From: a virus | Taxonomy: Duplodnaviria; Caudoviricetes | DNA: 64,000 nucleotides | IMG/VR virus record: IMGVR_UViG_3300027627_000003 | Location: 24,926 to 88,925 of that record | Reading direction: 5' to 3' (one strand) | Part shown: positions 30,946-40,457 of the stretch, piece by piece | Numbering within the stretch: the stretch's first letter is position 1 | How the letters are laid out: the number at the start of each line of letters is the position of its first letter | The notes under the pieces: model-generated | What the model saw: only the letters and a program-made list of their open reading frames with translations | What the model was told of the DNA's origin: nothing | The model's database searches: none | Translations under genes and position numbers: made by a program

Positions 30946-31947
30946 TCAATACCCTAACTTAATTAATCCCTCACGCAATGCATTTTTATCTGTATCGCCT
31001 GGATCATGTGTCTTGTAAGGCAATACTAGCACATGATCTTTAGGTAATAATAATTTATTTAAACAATCGGCTTTAGCTTTTGCCGTCAAAGCATAGCCTG
31101 CCCTATCATTATCAAACATAAATATAATCGGTGTGTTTGTCATTTGAGGCAACAGTCGCATTTCTAGCTTAGATAAAAAACTATCCCAATGAGACACGCC
31201 TAGCAAAGCCAATACGGTAAAGCTCTCACCTATGCCTAAGTCCTGCAGGTTTTGCACGGTTCTCATAAGGTCATACGGTCCTTCAACTAGTATCAGTCCT
31301 GCCTGATTTTTAGGAATCTGCCAAGAGGACAAGCCAAATGGATGGAGGCTAGCACTTTTTATATTAAGGTTAGGGGAATTATAGGTCTTAATCTCTTGCT
31401 GGCTTGATAAGCGCAAAAATACGTGGTAGTCACCGTAGCTAAGACACAGACGCTGAAAATGCTCCTGATGGAATTTGCCTTTATTGCTAATATATAAACG
31501 TACTAAAGACGGCTTAAATGTTTTATATATCAAATACTTATCATAGATTAGATTTTCTGGTCTGATCTCACGATATCCAAATTCTTTCCAAAGCCAAGGA
31601 TCTTGACTGACAATACCTACCTTCCCTGTAGGGTTATCTAAGCTGTTTTCTACATTACCTGCCATTAGTGGTAAGATCCTTGGCTTTAACTCCTCACCAA
31701 GTGCCTTGGGATCGTGAATCTCAAGATTCAACTTCCTAGCCAGCTTATTATAGCTGCCCTTGCCCTCGTCGCAGGCAAAGCAATTAAACAACCCTAGCTT
31801 TTCGTCTAGTAAGCTAACACGCAAACTAGGATGGGTGTCCTGATGCCAAGGACAATGTATAAGTGCGTAATCGCCTTGTATCTGACCGCCTATGCGACTT
31901 ACTTCTCGGACGATTAACTCTTTGAGAGTAGACACACAAAAACTCAC
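30946..31947 (-). CDS. DNA primase (Zn-binding domain + TOPRIM)
   Basis: CPWH.DTHPS...FNCFAC Zn finger; LVEGPYD and FMFDNDRAG TOPRIM motifs. Confidence 0.88.
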   Translation of the reverse strand: MSFCVSTLKELIVREVSRIGGQIQGDYALIHCPWHQDTHPSLRVSLLDEKLGLFNCFACDEGKGSYNKLARKLNLEIHDPKALGEELKPRILPLMAGNVENSLDNPTGKVGIVSQDPWLWKEFGYREIRPENLIYDKYLIYKTFKPSLVRLYISNKGKFHQEHFQRLCLSYGDYHVFLRLSSQQEIKTYNSPNLNIKSASLHPFGLSSWQIPKNQAGLILVEGPYDLMRTVQNLQDLGIGESFTVLALLGVSHWDSFLSKLEMRLLPQMTNTPIIFMFDNDRAGYALTAKAKADCLNKLLLPKDHVLVLPYKTHDPGDTDKNALREGLIKLGY

Positions 31948-32243
31948 AACAAATGGGTACTAAAGTATGAGTATAGCGTGTGCTACTGACGTTCTGCCAC
32001 TCAGAATAGCCGGTAGCCTCCAAGTAGCTAGCTTTCATCAAAGTGGTAGTCTTTAGTTTGGCGCTCTGGCGTTACAGGCGAAACTGGTGCGGGAAACCTG
32101 TCAATGACGACGACTTGGACTTACAAGGCATTGTTTATTTGCCGGATCCTGAACCAGAAGAAGATAAGCCAGTGGAGGTTTCTGAAAAAAGCCAGTGGGA
32201 GCCTCATTTTTCTCTGAGTGAAGTGTACAGGGTTAGAACTTAA

Positions 32244-33314
32244 TTATTTAATACGGGATATTTCGTATGCGATGCTACTTCTTAACGTGATTACATTTTT
32301 ATGAATGTTATTCATGGTGATCTTTTTCCAGTTTTTAAATTTCTTTTCTACTAGTCCACCTAATTTTGTACTATAGCCCTGGATGGCATCGGTTACTTTC
32401 ATATTTTTAAATCGTTTTTCAATAAATTCCATGAGGGAATCATCCGAAGCAAATACCTTTAGCGCTTCTTCTTTAAAGGGCTTGAGTTTTTTTCTTAACT
32501 CGTCAATCTTAACCCCCTCTTTCAATCTTTCCCTAGTATAACTGTTGGTACCTACTAGCCACCAAGCATATAAGAGTTCTAGGCGTCTCTCTTTATCATA
32601 ATTTCTATTGAAGGATAAATTCTGGCGGATACTCATAGAATCACCTAGAGATGATTCATCTATATACTTTAATTCTGCTTCAATATCCGCATCTTTAGAT
32701 GTTAGACCGAGATACCTATCAATAATTTTTTCTATATTGACTTTACCTTTAGGCGTGTACAAGGCATCTATTTCGACGGACAGAGGTCTCGGAAAGGCGA
32801 ACACCTCATCTGAGACGGCGTATGTCTTAGTCTTTAGTCCTTTCATCTCCGTTGCGTCTACAATAATATCCTTTGGATCTAAAGTAGCTCTTAGTAAGAC
32901 ACCAAAATCACCATCAATGGCTTTACCGCCGCCCATCCTATCTAATGCGTTAAGGGTTCCAAGAAAAGACGACCCACCACTGGAAGTGTAACGAGCAAAC
33001 TTCGTCGCTGTCTGTTTGGAGTGCGACCACGAAACAGTGCGGGATTTGTCGCTTTTCAAAGTGAACTGCTTTGAACTCACCTTATTAGTTTTAAGAAACT
33101 TAACGAATTCCTGGACAGAAAAAAGAAGACCTCTGTACACCGTAATGGATTTCGCGGGTTTGAACTTAGCTAGCTCCTTGATGACTGCTGGGGAAGGCGA
33201 ATGATAGCTGTAATCCGAATCTATAGCACTCGCCAACCATGACTTTGCATTGGCGGATAATTCCCCGCCTGCTTCCACAATATAATAAGTAGCTAAGATT
33301 TTTGCTTTGAACAT
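32244..33314 (-). CDS. putative ADP-ribosyltransferase-fold protein
   Basis: TVYRG ... VSWS.....A.KFA ... DEV arrangement resembles R-S-E ART motifs. Confidence 0.45.
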   Translation of the reverse strand: MFKAKILATYYIVEAGGELSANAKSWLASAIDSDYSYHSPSPAVIKELAKFKPAKSITVYRGLLFSVQEFVKFLKTNKVSSKQFTLKSDKSRTVSWSHSKQTATKFARYTSSGGSSFLGTLNALDRMGGGKAIDGDFGVLLRATLDPKDIIVDATEMKGLKTKTYAVSDEVFAFPRPLSVEIDALYTPKGKVNIEKIIDRYLGLTSKDADIEAELKYIDESSLGDSMSIRQNLSFNRNYDKERRLELLYAWWLVGTNSYTRERLKEGVKIDELRKKLKPFKEEALKVFASDDSLMEFIEKRFKNMKVTDAIQGYSTKLGGLVEKKFKNWKKITMNNIHKNVITLRSSIAYEISRIK

Positions 33315-33346
33315 ACAAAATAATCTAGGATCAAAGATTCTTTAAA

Positions 33347-33712
33347 ATGTTATTCCTCCAAAAAGTATTGGCGTCTAAGTTCTACACAAGCGAAGAGGTA
33401 ATCCAACACTTAGAAGACACATCGCCTGAAAGAGAATTGGATAATCAAATATACGATATTGAAGAATATGATAAATGGGAATTAAAAAAAATACCCATAA
33501 ACAAACTTTATTTTGATTTAAGTAATGTTTCTTCCCCTGATTCTAAAGCCATACTTAAAAAGTATAAGGATTTAAAAACGGAAGCACCACCCATTATAAT
33601 TATACCTTCCGAAATTTATAAGGGTAGATATAGAATCGTAGATGGTTATCACCGAGTTGGTATAGCTAAAAAAAGAGGAGATACAGAAATATTGTCTTAT
33701 CTTCCGAGTTAA
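33347..33712 (+). CDS. ParB/Sulfiredoxin-like domain protein
   Basis: APPIII...YRIVDGYHRV motif. Confidence 0.75.
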   Translation: MLFLQKVLASKFYTSEEVIQHLEDTSPERELDNQIYDIEEYDKWELKKIPINKLYFDLSNVSSPDSKAILKKYKDLKTEAPPIIIIPSEIYKGRYRIVDGYHRVGIAKKRGDTEILSYLPS

Positions 33713-34059
33713 ATAGCAATATGCTTTACAACATGTAATTTCTCCCACAGTTGTAGTGCTTTTGGCTTAAAGGTTTTACCCTGAATTAACTTGTTAAGTT
33801 CGGGAATAATTAGTTTGACTTTAGTCATATCCTCTTTTTTGAATCCCAAAATAGAAACATGTGGTCTTAGTGAAAAACCTTTATCCTCAGACGTGAAGAA
33901 ATCCTCATAACGCGAATGAAGAGCTTTTTTCAATTGCACTTCTCTTGTCGGCGCATCCAAATCAATGACAAGATAATCAAGACCTGAAGCTGGTGCCGGT
34001 AGCGTTGAAATTCGTAACATCTTATAAGTAGGAATTAACCCCAGGTCTAACGCTAGCAA
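33709..34059 (-). pseudogene. 2H-phosphoesterase/2'-5' RNA ligase-like C-terminal half
   Basis: LRPHVSI (second HxS/T motif); first motif absent, with an in-frame stop just upstream. Confidence 0.5.
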
Positions 34060-34165
34060 ACGAATCTAGAGGCGAAACTGCACCCATGAGATCGCTAATA
34101 TCGGGTCCTGTTTCCTGCTCGGCGCAAAAGGCTAAAGAGATGTTGCTAGGGGAAATCTAATGGGT

Positions 34166-35008
34166 TTAATTACAGAAACAATGTGGCAGCATGAGGACCA
34201 ATTGCTGTGCTGCGCTCCTTCGCAAACAATGATTTCTCCTGGCATACATCTTACCGTTTAAAAGTACCACGGCAGAAACATCGTAGTCAGGACGGCTTCT
34301 AAGTCCCCATTGGCGAATTCTACTTTTACCATTATGGTACTCGTAAAAGTACGCTGCATATTTTGCATCTGGGTAAAGTTCTAATAGTCTACTAGGTACT
34401 TCTGAAAAATATACCGAAGTGTTTGCAGCAGGAATTAACTCAGGACCGATATGGAGCATCATAGCTTTAGAGCAAATATCTTCTATCTGCTGGGCTTGTA
34501 GTTTTGCCATCGACCTGCCCGATATGATTAAAGTTGGTACGTCTAGTTTATCCCAAACTTTAAAATCAAACGGCTCCGCTAAAAGAGCAAGATGCACATA
34601 CTGAGTTCCTAATATTTCAAATTTCCAAAGATCACGATCTTGTATATGGCTAATTAAAGCAGGTGGTTCTTTTTCAGGATGAAAATAGTTCCATGCTAAC
34701 ATGGCACCAGATCTCTTAAGATCAAAAATACAATTTTCTAAACCCTCAAGATTTTTTTGTGCCGTCACATGATGATCCAACACCATCAGTTTTTTAAACC
34801 TAGCCGTATGCTCAATCAATGCCTGCCTTTCAAAGCTGAAGTCTAAAACGTAAACTTCCGACCCGTCAGGCACCTCCTCTAAAGGCTTTACCCCTTCACC
34901 GTAGGTACAAGACCTGTAAGATACATCTAAGTCTCCTAGCTTTAACCAAGCAGCATAGGCTGCACCAAAACCGTCGTAGCAATTACCGTGGTATAATACG
35001 TGTATCAA
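34166..35008 (-). CDS. DHH-family phosphoesterase with atypical/replaced C-terminus
   Basis: YHG.C.DG.GAA, YVLDF, LDHH and DRDLW; real start probably TTG 35008 after AAGGAG; usual GGGH motif missing after RSRPDYDVSAV. Confidence 0.8.
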   Translation of the reverse strand: MIHVLYHGNCYDGFGAAYAAWLKLGDLDVSYRSCTYGEGVKPLEEVPDGSEVYVLDFSFERQALIEHTARFKKLMVLDHHVTAQKNLEGLENCIFDLKRSGAMLAWNYFHPEKEPPALISHIQDRDLWKFEILGTQYVHLALLAEPFDFKVWDKLDVPTLIISGRSMAKLQAQQIEDICSKAMMLHIGPELIPAANTSVYFSEVPSRLLELYPDAKYAAYFYEYHNGKSRIRQWGLRSRPDYDVSAVVLLNGKMYARRNHCLRRSAAQQLVLMLPHCFCN

Positions 35009-35094
35009 AATTTTAATCTCCTTAATTCTAAAATCATATGCGTATTTTTGTGGGTATTTCGCGCATATGACGCATATTAAAATCGGACATACTT

Positions 35095-35201
35095 CTATTT
35101 TTTCCTTAGCTGTAACTGAAATATTATATTCTGCACTGTAAGTATACTTAGCATACCTAAGTATAACCAAAGCGGTACGGTCTCATTTTTAACCATTCCA
35201 T
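35095..35201 (-). pseudogene. 35-aa membrane protein with a 1-nt homopolymer loss
   Basis: RBS AGAGG then ATG; adding one T at TTTGG gives MEWLKMRPYRFWLYLGMLSILTVQNIIFQLQLRKK*. Confidence 0.45.
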
Positions 35202-35305
35202 TATCTTTACCTCTTTCTCAATAGTCTAATATTTACCTGTATATCTTAGGTATTCTTCTTACTTGTTTAGACTTTCCCCATATAAGTATTCGGGGAGGCT
35301 TTGCG

Positions 35306-38029
35306 CTAGGGTTCTTCGTTATATTGGAGTATCCTTTGTCTTTTCCTCACTGCGTGTGTTTGGTCACCTAGTGCATCTTGTACTTCTGCACCTGTTCTAA
35401 AGTAGCTACCTACATATACTTGCGCTCCTGTCATATATTGTACTTGCTCTTTATACCAATCTACTTGATCCCTCAAGCGTTTAGAGTCACCTAAATGATC
35501 TAAACGGCTCACTAGATTGATCGAGGTCTTAAGTGGTCCTAATGCATACCTGTTCATAAAGTTAGCTGTGGATTCTCTATTTCTCTTATTGAGAGCGCAG
35601 TAGAGTTTCCCGTCTATCTTTACTACTGATGTAATGGTTTCCACATAAGACTTCCGAGCTAAGATACAACCTGCATGGAATACAGGTATACTTCGTGCTG
35701 GAAATTTATTTATCCAAGCTGACGTATAACTTTGTACTTTTATATCTTCAAATAAGAACTCCCATTTTTTATCAAAGTGTACTCTTTTATCTGTGTAGTT
35801 TTTAAAGAAATGAAATTTAAGGTCTAGGCTATTAGCTAGTTCAAACCACGGCTGGCAAATGTCCTCTTTAACGTCTTCAGACATATCTCTAGGAGAGACA
35901 GCAATAAAATCATCACCACATAAATCATAGGCATATAAGTTACCTTTACGCCTTTGCTGTTCCGTTTCTAGTAGGGCAGGCAGTGCTAATAAAAGCCATA
36001 GAGCGGGCGATAATACAAATCCTGTGGGCAACGAGCCAACACTAGGTACATTGCCATGCTCTGCCGTAAACACGAAATTTTCGGCTATTACGTTATCGTA
36101 GAGGTAGTCCTTGAAGACGTAGCGGAGAAATTTACTTGCTGATTTAGAAACTAATTTATCTACAGCATTTAAAGATAAGTCTAATCTCTTTATAAAATTA
36201 TCATGTTTTAAATTGATGTTATCAAAACATGATTTTACGTCCATATTACACAGTGCGAAGTCTTTATTTTTGTCTAGGCTTTGGGATATGCGTTCCATTG
36301 TAAATAAGGGTACGGCTAGACCTGGAAGATAATTAGATACCGCGTAGTTAAGTTCGTCGCGGTTTATTTTTTGGTATATGACTTGAAATATTCTATTGGC
36401 GAAACTTTCAAATATAGAAATGAGTACTGGCTGTTTGCAGACTACTCTTGTTTTTTTCTCAGATACTAATTTGCGGATAGATACTTCTACGGGTTCCGGT
36501 AGTAGGGGATTTTTAAACTCTTGTAGCCAAAGGCTAATACAGTCTTGATAGAGTTCAAAAAGGTCTTTATCGACTTTTCTTATTTGATCTAGTCGATGTT
36601 CTATGTCATGACCTTCATAATATATTTTCTTAAGTTTTTTAGACGTTAAGTTTTTAGTACCTAGCGTTGATTTTAATTGAAGTAACTTAGGTCTAATACG
36701 TTGGAAATAAGAAACGTCTTTAAGAAGAATACCGCTAAGGTTTTCAAGACTGAAATCGGATTTAAGGTATTCATCAAATATTGGTTGCCAGCGGTTATCG
36801 ACAATTTTTTTACGTTTTTTGGTATTAGGCTTAGTAATACTGTTTTCATCTACGATATTATCAAAGGCTCTAATCTGATGTTTATCTAAAGTAAAAGATG
36901 AATTCTTTAGCGATGCGGTCATGCGCGTGCGCGGGGTTAAAAACCTAACCTCGTAAGGAAATGTATAGCCGTGCTTTTTTTGATCGACAATTTGCCCATA
37001 AGTAAATGAGTTATGGTCGATTATATAAGTGCCTCTGGAGATGGTTAATAAAGTTTCTCCGTTGGAGGCAATTTTCTTATATGGATTATTTTTTCTTAAA
37101 AGATAAGATGTATCAAAATAAGATACCTTTTTAGTGTATCTATTTATTTGTAGGGATTCATCTACGTTACTACCGTGGAATAAAACCTCACAAGAACGAT
37201 CATACCGTAGGTTATATTTTACGCTGACGTAGCTGCCGAGCATTTTCCTATACTGCTTAATATAAGAAAAGCGTTCGCTCTCAGAGCCTCTAAAACCAAG
37301 TACAAAACCAATTTTAGCTACCGACAATACTAAGTCCACGCCTAGTGTGGTCTGATAACATAAGCTGTATAAAACACTTAAAGGTATGAAGTTTTTAAAG
37401 GATAAAACGTAGGACTGTCTTATGTCCTCAAGAAGATCTGGGGGTATAGAAATCTCACAAGTCAAAAAAGCATTAGCAAATAAATTGCTATGAAAGTCAC
37501 CTTTAGCAAAGCGTATTCTCGGTATTGATAAACGTGCAACACCTAATAACTCTTTAGTTGTTTTAGCTAAAGATATTGCATGTTTATTTATTGAGAAAAA
37601 AGTTAAATGGGGATTTTTTGCTATAAATTCTTTACATGCTTCTAGCAATATTTGTTCGTTTTTTGGAACATCTTTTAAGTATGTATTCATGTAAGGCTTA
37701 TCTTTTAAGCCTTTTAGTGTTTTAGGTAGTGTGTCTTTTTTGTTTTCTTGAAGGTCGGTTAAGAATAATGGCTCAACGGGTGTACCGAAGAATCCGAGGT
37801 TAACGGAGGGTGTGCATAAAAGGACGCGAGCTAGTTTGATTTGCAGGTATTTAGGTATGGAATCAAAGGCGTCTATTATTTTAGTAGAGCCTTTAATGTT
37901 TTCTTTTCTGGTACTTAGATAATAGTCTAGGAGAAATGTCTTACGTTGATTGTTACCATCATAAAGGTGACTCAGCAGTAAGGCAAAGGTGGTATATAGT
38001 AGATTTACGCTTCTATCTTTAGAATGCAT
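35306..38029 (-). CDS. reverse-transcriptase-family polymerase, unclassified, with long N-terminal extension
   Basis: PVEVSIRK...KTRVV (RT1-2), NMDVKSCFDNI (motif A, D597), GSLPTGFVLSPAL (motif B) and LCGDDF (motif C, aa 704-707). Confidence 0.88.
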   Translation of the reverse strand: MHSKDRSVNLLYTTFALLLSHLYDGNNQRKTFLLDYYLSTRKENIKGSTKIIDAFDSIPKYLQIKLARVLLCTPSVNLGFFGTPVEPLFLTDLQENKKDTLPKTLKGLKDKPYMNTYLKDVPKNEQILLEACKEFIAKNPHLTFFSINKHAISLAKTTKELLGVARLSIPRIRFAKGDFHSNLFANAFLTCEISIPPDLLEDIRQSYVLSFKNFIPLSVLYSLCYQTTLGVDLVLSVAKIGFVLGFRGSESERFSYIKQYRKMLGSYVSVKYNLRYDRSCEVLFHGSNVDESLQINRYTKKVSYFDTSYLLRKNNPYKKIASNGETLLTISRGTYIIDHNSFTYGQIVDQKKHGYTFPYEVRFLTPRTRMTASLKNSSFTLDKHQIRAFDNIVDENSITKPNTKKRKKIVDNRWQPIFDEYLKSDFSLENLSGILLKDVSYFQRIRPKLLQLKSTLGTKNLTSKKLKKIYYEGHDIEHRLDQIRKVDKDLFELYQDCISLWLQEFKNPLLPEPVEVSIRKLVSEKKTRVVCKQPVLISIFESFANRIFQVIYQKINRDELNYAVSNYLPGLAVPLFTMERISQSLDKNKDFALCNMDVKSCFDNINLKHDNFIKRLDLSLNAVDKLVSKSASKFLRYVFKDYLYDNVIAENFVFTAEHGNVPSVGSLPTGFVLSPALWLLLALPALLETEQQRRKGNLYAYDLCGDDFIAVSPRDMSEDVKEDICQPWFELANSLDLKFHFFKNYTDKRVHFDKKWEFLFEDIKVQSYTSAWINKFPARSIPVFHAGCILARKSYVETITSVVKIDGKLYCALNKRNRESTANFMNRYALGPLKTSINLVSRLDHLGDSKRLRDQVDWYKEQVQYMTGAQVYVGSYFRTGAEVQDALGDQTHAVRKRQRILQYNEEP

Positions 38030-38114
38030 AGAGACGTTCGTTTCACCTTAGATGATATGGGAGCACACTTAGCATTGAGGATTACGATAGGTATGTCAAG
38101 ATAAAATACGCATT

Positions 38115-38273
38115 TTAATTCTCTTTTAGGTCATCTGGGAGTTTGCTCCAAAAAGTAACTATTACTTTTTCTCCTTGTGCGAGATTCTTATTAATAAATT
38201 CGCATGGGTGTTCTTCTATTATTGCATTTAGGGTTTGATTATCTTTTTGGTACGCAACGAAATATTTCTGCAT
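38115..38273 (-). CDS. 52-aa hypothetical protein directly upstream of the RT
   Basis: ATG overlaps the upstream TAA (TAATG); MQKYFVAYQKDNQTLNAIIEEHPCEFINKNLAQGEKVIVTFWSKLPDDLKEN*. Confidence 0.6.
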   Translation of the reverse strand: MQKYFVAYQKDNQTLNAIIEEHPCEFINKNLAQGEKVIVTFWSKLPDDLKEN

Positions 38274-39235
38274 TAGATATTGCTCCGCCATTTGGTAATT
38301 TTCTTATAAAAGATGTCGTCGAAGTCTTGAGTTTTCCCGCCTGCTGCTACAAAGAGTGCATAGCAGCATATGATTGCGTCTACGGTTTCTTCTATAAGCA
38401 TTTCTTGATTTTCATAAATTGGACCTTTGTTTTCTTTTAAGTTTCTTGATGCTTTAGCTACCTCACCTAATTCTTCAATGGCGTGTCTCAGTCTAAGGTT
38501 ATAATCGACTTGAGTTAGGTCGCCTAAGAGGTCGGCTATAGCACTAAGGTAGCGAGTTTGACCTGATACTTGTGGTGGTACAGTGTACTCATCTGCCGGA
38601 CATAATTTTATGCTGCGTTGTATTCTAGGATCTAAAGAAAAATACTGATGATGCCCAAACGAGTTATTCCAAAAAAAATTTTCGCTACTGAACTGGTGCG
38701 CCAATTCCTTTGGTGCATAGCTAAAACCTTCTTTTTCTAAAAAGACTCTATTAAGTGTACAAAGTACACCATCTTCACTATGAAGTGGGTGCATATAGAT
38801 ATTTTTATTTGTTTGTACAAATTTAGCTAATTTTTTACTTCTTAAAGAAAATCCACCATTACCTACTACCCATTTCTTTTCATGTGGTTGAAAATTCCAT
38901 AAGCCCGTATGCCATGGAGCGCCAATATAATCGTATTTTAAAAAATCAGATGTCCATGCTGAAGGATTAACAATGAAGCCATCTGATTGTATGATCAATA
39001 CATGATCTGATTTTATATAATCGGGCATTTTATATATGATAAAATTGGAGTATTCTTCTCTTGATTTTATTTTATCAATTTTATGTATGTAGCTACAATC
39101 ACCGTCAAAATGTGTAAAAAACTTAACGCTATTAAAGCTACATAAATTTAAGCAATGATTTAAGGTGAATAAAGCTTTATCGTAGTCTACGGAATCAACG
39201 ATCACTAGATCTACGGGTAGATGGAGTTTTGGCAT
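38273..39235 (-). CDS. DUF5672-like glycosyltransferase-associated domain fused to MazG-like NTP pyrophosphohydrolase
   Basis: LIIQSDG, YDYIGAPW, VGNGGFSLRS and EDG motifs, then EELGEVAKA...EETVD (MazG ExxE..E..D). Confidence 0.75.
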   Translation of the reverse strand: MPKLHLPVDLVIVDSVDYDKALFTLNHCLNLCSFNSVKFFTHFDGDCSYIHKIDKIKSREEYSNFIIYKMPDYIKSDHVLIIQSDGFIVNPSAWTSDFLKYDYIGAPWHTGLWNFQPHEKKWVVGNGGFSLRSKKLAKFVQTNKNIYMHPLHSEDGVLCTLNRVFLEKEGFSYAPKELAHQFSSENFFWNNSFGHHQYFSLDPRIQRSIKLCPADEYTVPPQVSGQTRYLSAIADLLGDLTQVDYNLRLRHAIEELGEVAKASRNLKENKGPIYENQEMLIEETVDAIICCYALFVAAGGKTQDFDDIFYKKITKWRSNI

Positions 39236-39667
39236 TGGTGCCTCATTTGAGTTAGTTCACGGTCAATATTTGACGCTATGCTCGCATAAGTCAACTGTTC
39301 TCTCTGGAACAGTGCTTCCGTTTGTTGTAGGGTGTTTGATCTTATAAAACTTAAAGTGGGGTGGGACTGTGCTTACTAAGGAGCGGTTAGAGGGTGAGTC
39401 AGCATCGGCAACATGGTCGGAATCATTTGACACTGGGTACACGAAATATTGTCCGCGTTGTTGTGTGCGCTGGGCAGCGGACGCGGCTTTAATAAATAAA
39501 GAAAGATTTTTAAAAGCAGAAGTGTGTTCGACTTGCTTATCTCCAAAGGCAAAATTAAAATTTGTCGATTCTGTAAATGACGATGACGATGACGATGATG
39601 AGTAAAAAGTAGTTGATTTTTGCCTGGTATTTTCTTTAAGGTTAAACAAACCATTAAGGAAAATATC

Positions 39668-40423
39668 ATGCAAGTTGATGTTGTAATTCCCTCCAAGACA
39701 TCTCCTCAGTTTGTCGAAATGACACAAAAGTGTATAGCCAGTCTTAAGCATTCCGAACGCGATATAAAATTTAACGTAATACTTATTGAATCCGAGCGTG
39801 ATAACCCACCGCAGGTCGGACAAGATCAAACGATCCATTGGGAGCGCGATAATTTCAATTATAACGGTGCATTAAATTTAGGTATTGCCGCGTCTAAAAC
39901 GGACTGGGTGATAGTATGTAATAATGATCTTTGGTTTCACCCAAATTGGTTTAGTGAAATTATAAAAGTCTATAATGATTATCCTGACATTGAATCGTTT
40001 TCTTCATGGACTAGTGTTCGTTGTTGGCATGAATATATATTTGGTCCAGATAAAGTAAAAGAGTTTAGGGATTACCGAGGGGTTGTTGGTTATAGGACTA
40101 TTGGCGAATTAGCAGCGTGGTGTTTAACCGTGCGTAGGGATTTATTAACTAAAATAAATTTGAGAGAGAATGTAGATTTTTATTACTCTGATTGTATTTA
40201 TGTTGATGAATTACTAAAATTAAAAAAGAAGCATTCTTTAGTCATTAGGTCTAAAGTTGATCATTTAGGTCATCAAACTGTACGTGCTCAAAGTAACAGG
40301 TGGGATTTAGAAAATGGAGCACAACAGCCTAAATACCTTGCTTGTCAGACAGCAGAGGAACGTGAAAACTGGTTAGAGTATAAGAAAAATTTAGAACTAA
40401 ACGGTCTTGAACTTTTACGATAA
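39668..40423 (+). CDS. GT2-family glycosyltransferase
   Basis: VDVVIPS, FNYNGALNLG and VCNND (DxD-like); start moved to ATG 39668. Confidence 0.8.
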   Translation: MQVDVVIPSKTSPQFVEMTQKCIASLKHSERDIKFNVILIESERDNPPQVGQDQTIHWERDNFNYNGALNLGIAASKTDWVIVCNNDLWFHPNWFSEIIKVYNDYPDIESFSSWTSVRCWHEYIFGPDKVKEFRDYRGVVGYRTIGELAAWCLTVRRDLLTKINLRENVDFYYSDCIYVDELLKLKKKHSLVIRSKVDHLGHQTVRAQSNRWDLENGAQQPKYLACQTAEERENWLEYKKNLELNGLELLR

Positions 40424-40457
40424 TATGGGGTGATTTATTAATACCGTAGCATTATGT

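Noticed and set aside
34060-34260. Possible ncRNA in the GC-richer gap between the 2H and DHH genes
   Set aside because: No recognisable RNA family or convincing stems; better explained as rearranged gene fragments.
35010-35305. Group II intron domain V/VI after the RT
   Set aside because: No AGC-triad DV hairpin consensus found, and the flanking genes are not split exons.
35306-38029. RT as part of a diversity-generating retroelement
   Set aside because: No template/variable repeat pair differing at adenines seen near the RT or at fibre gene ends; no Avd-like gene; RT much larger than DGR RTs.
35038-38113. 11-bp inverted repeat (ATGCGTATTTT at 35038-35048 and AAAATACGCAT at 38103-38113) bracketing the RT
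   Set aside because: Short and AT-rich, no target duplication; cannot be distinguished from chance.
35306-38273. RT as a retron with upstream msr-msd
   Set aside because: No NAxxH or VTG signature. The hairpin-rich upstream stretch is explained by a coupled 52-aa ORF, leaving only ~85 nt non-coding.
39263-39838. Overlapping ORFs 39263-39838(-), 39369-39605(+) and 39376-39696(-)
   Set aside because: Could not decide which frame is real (Ser-run versus CxxC/Asp-run readings); the long minus ORF overlaps the GT2 start. Left uncalled.
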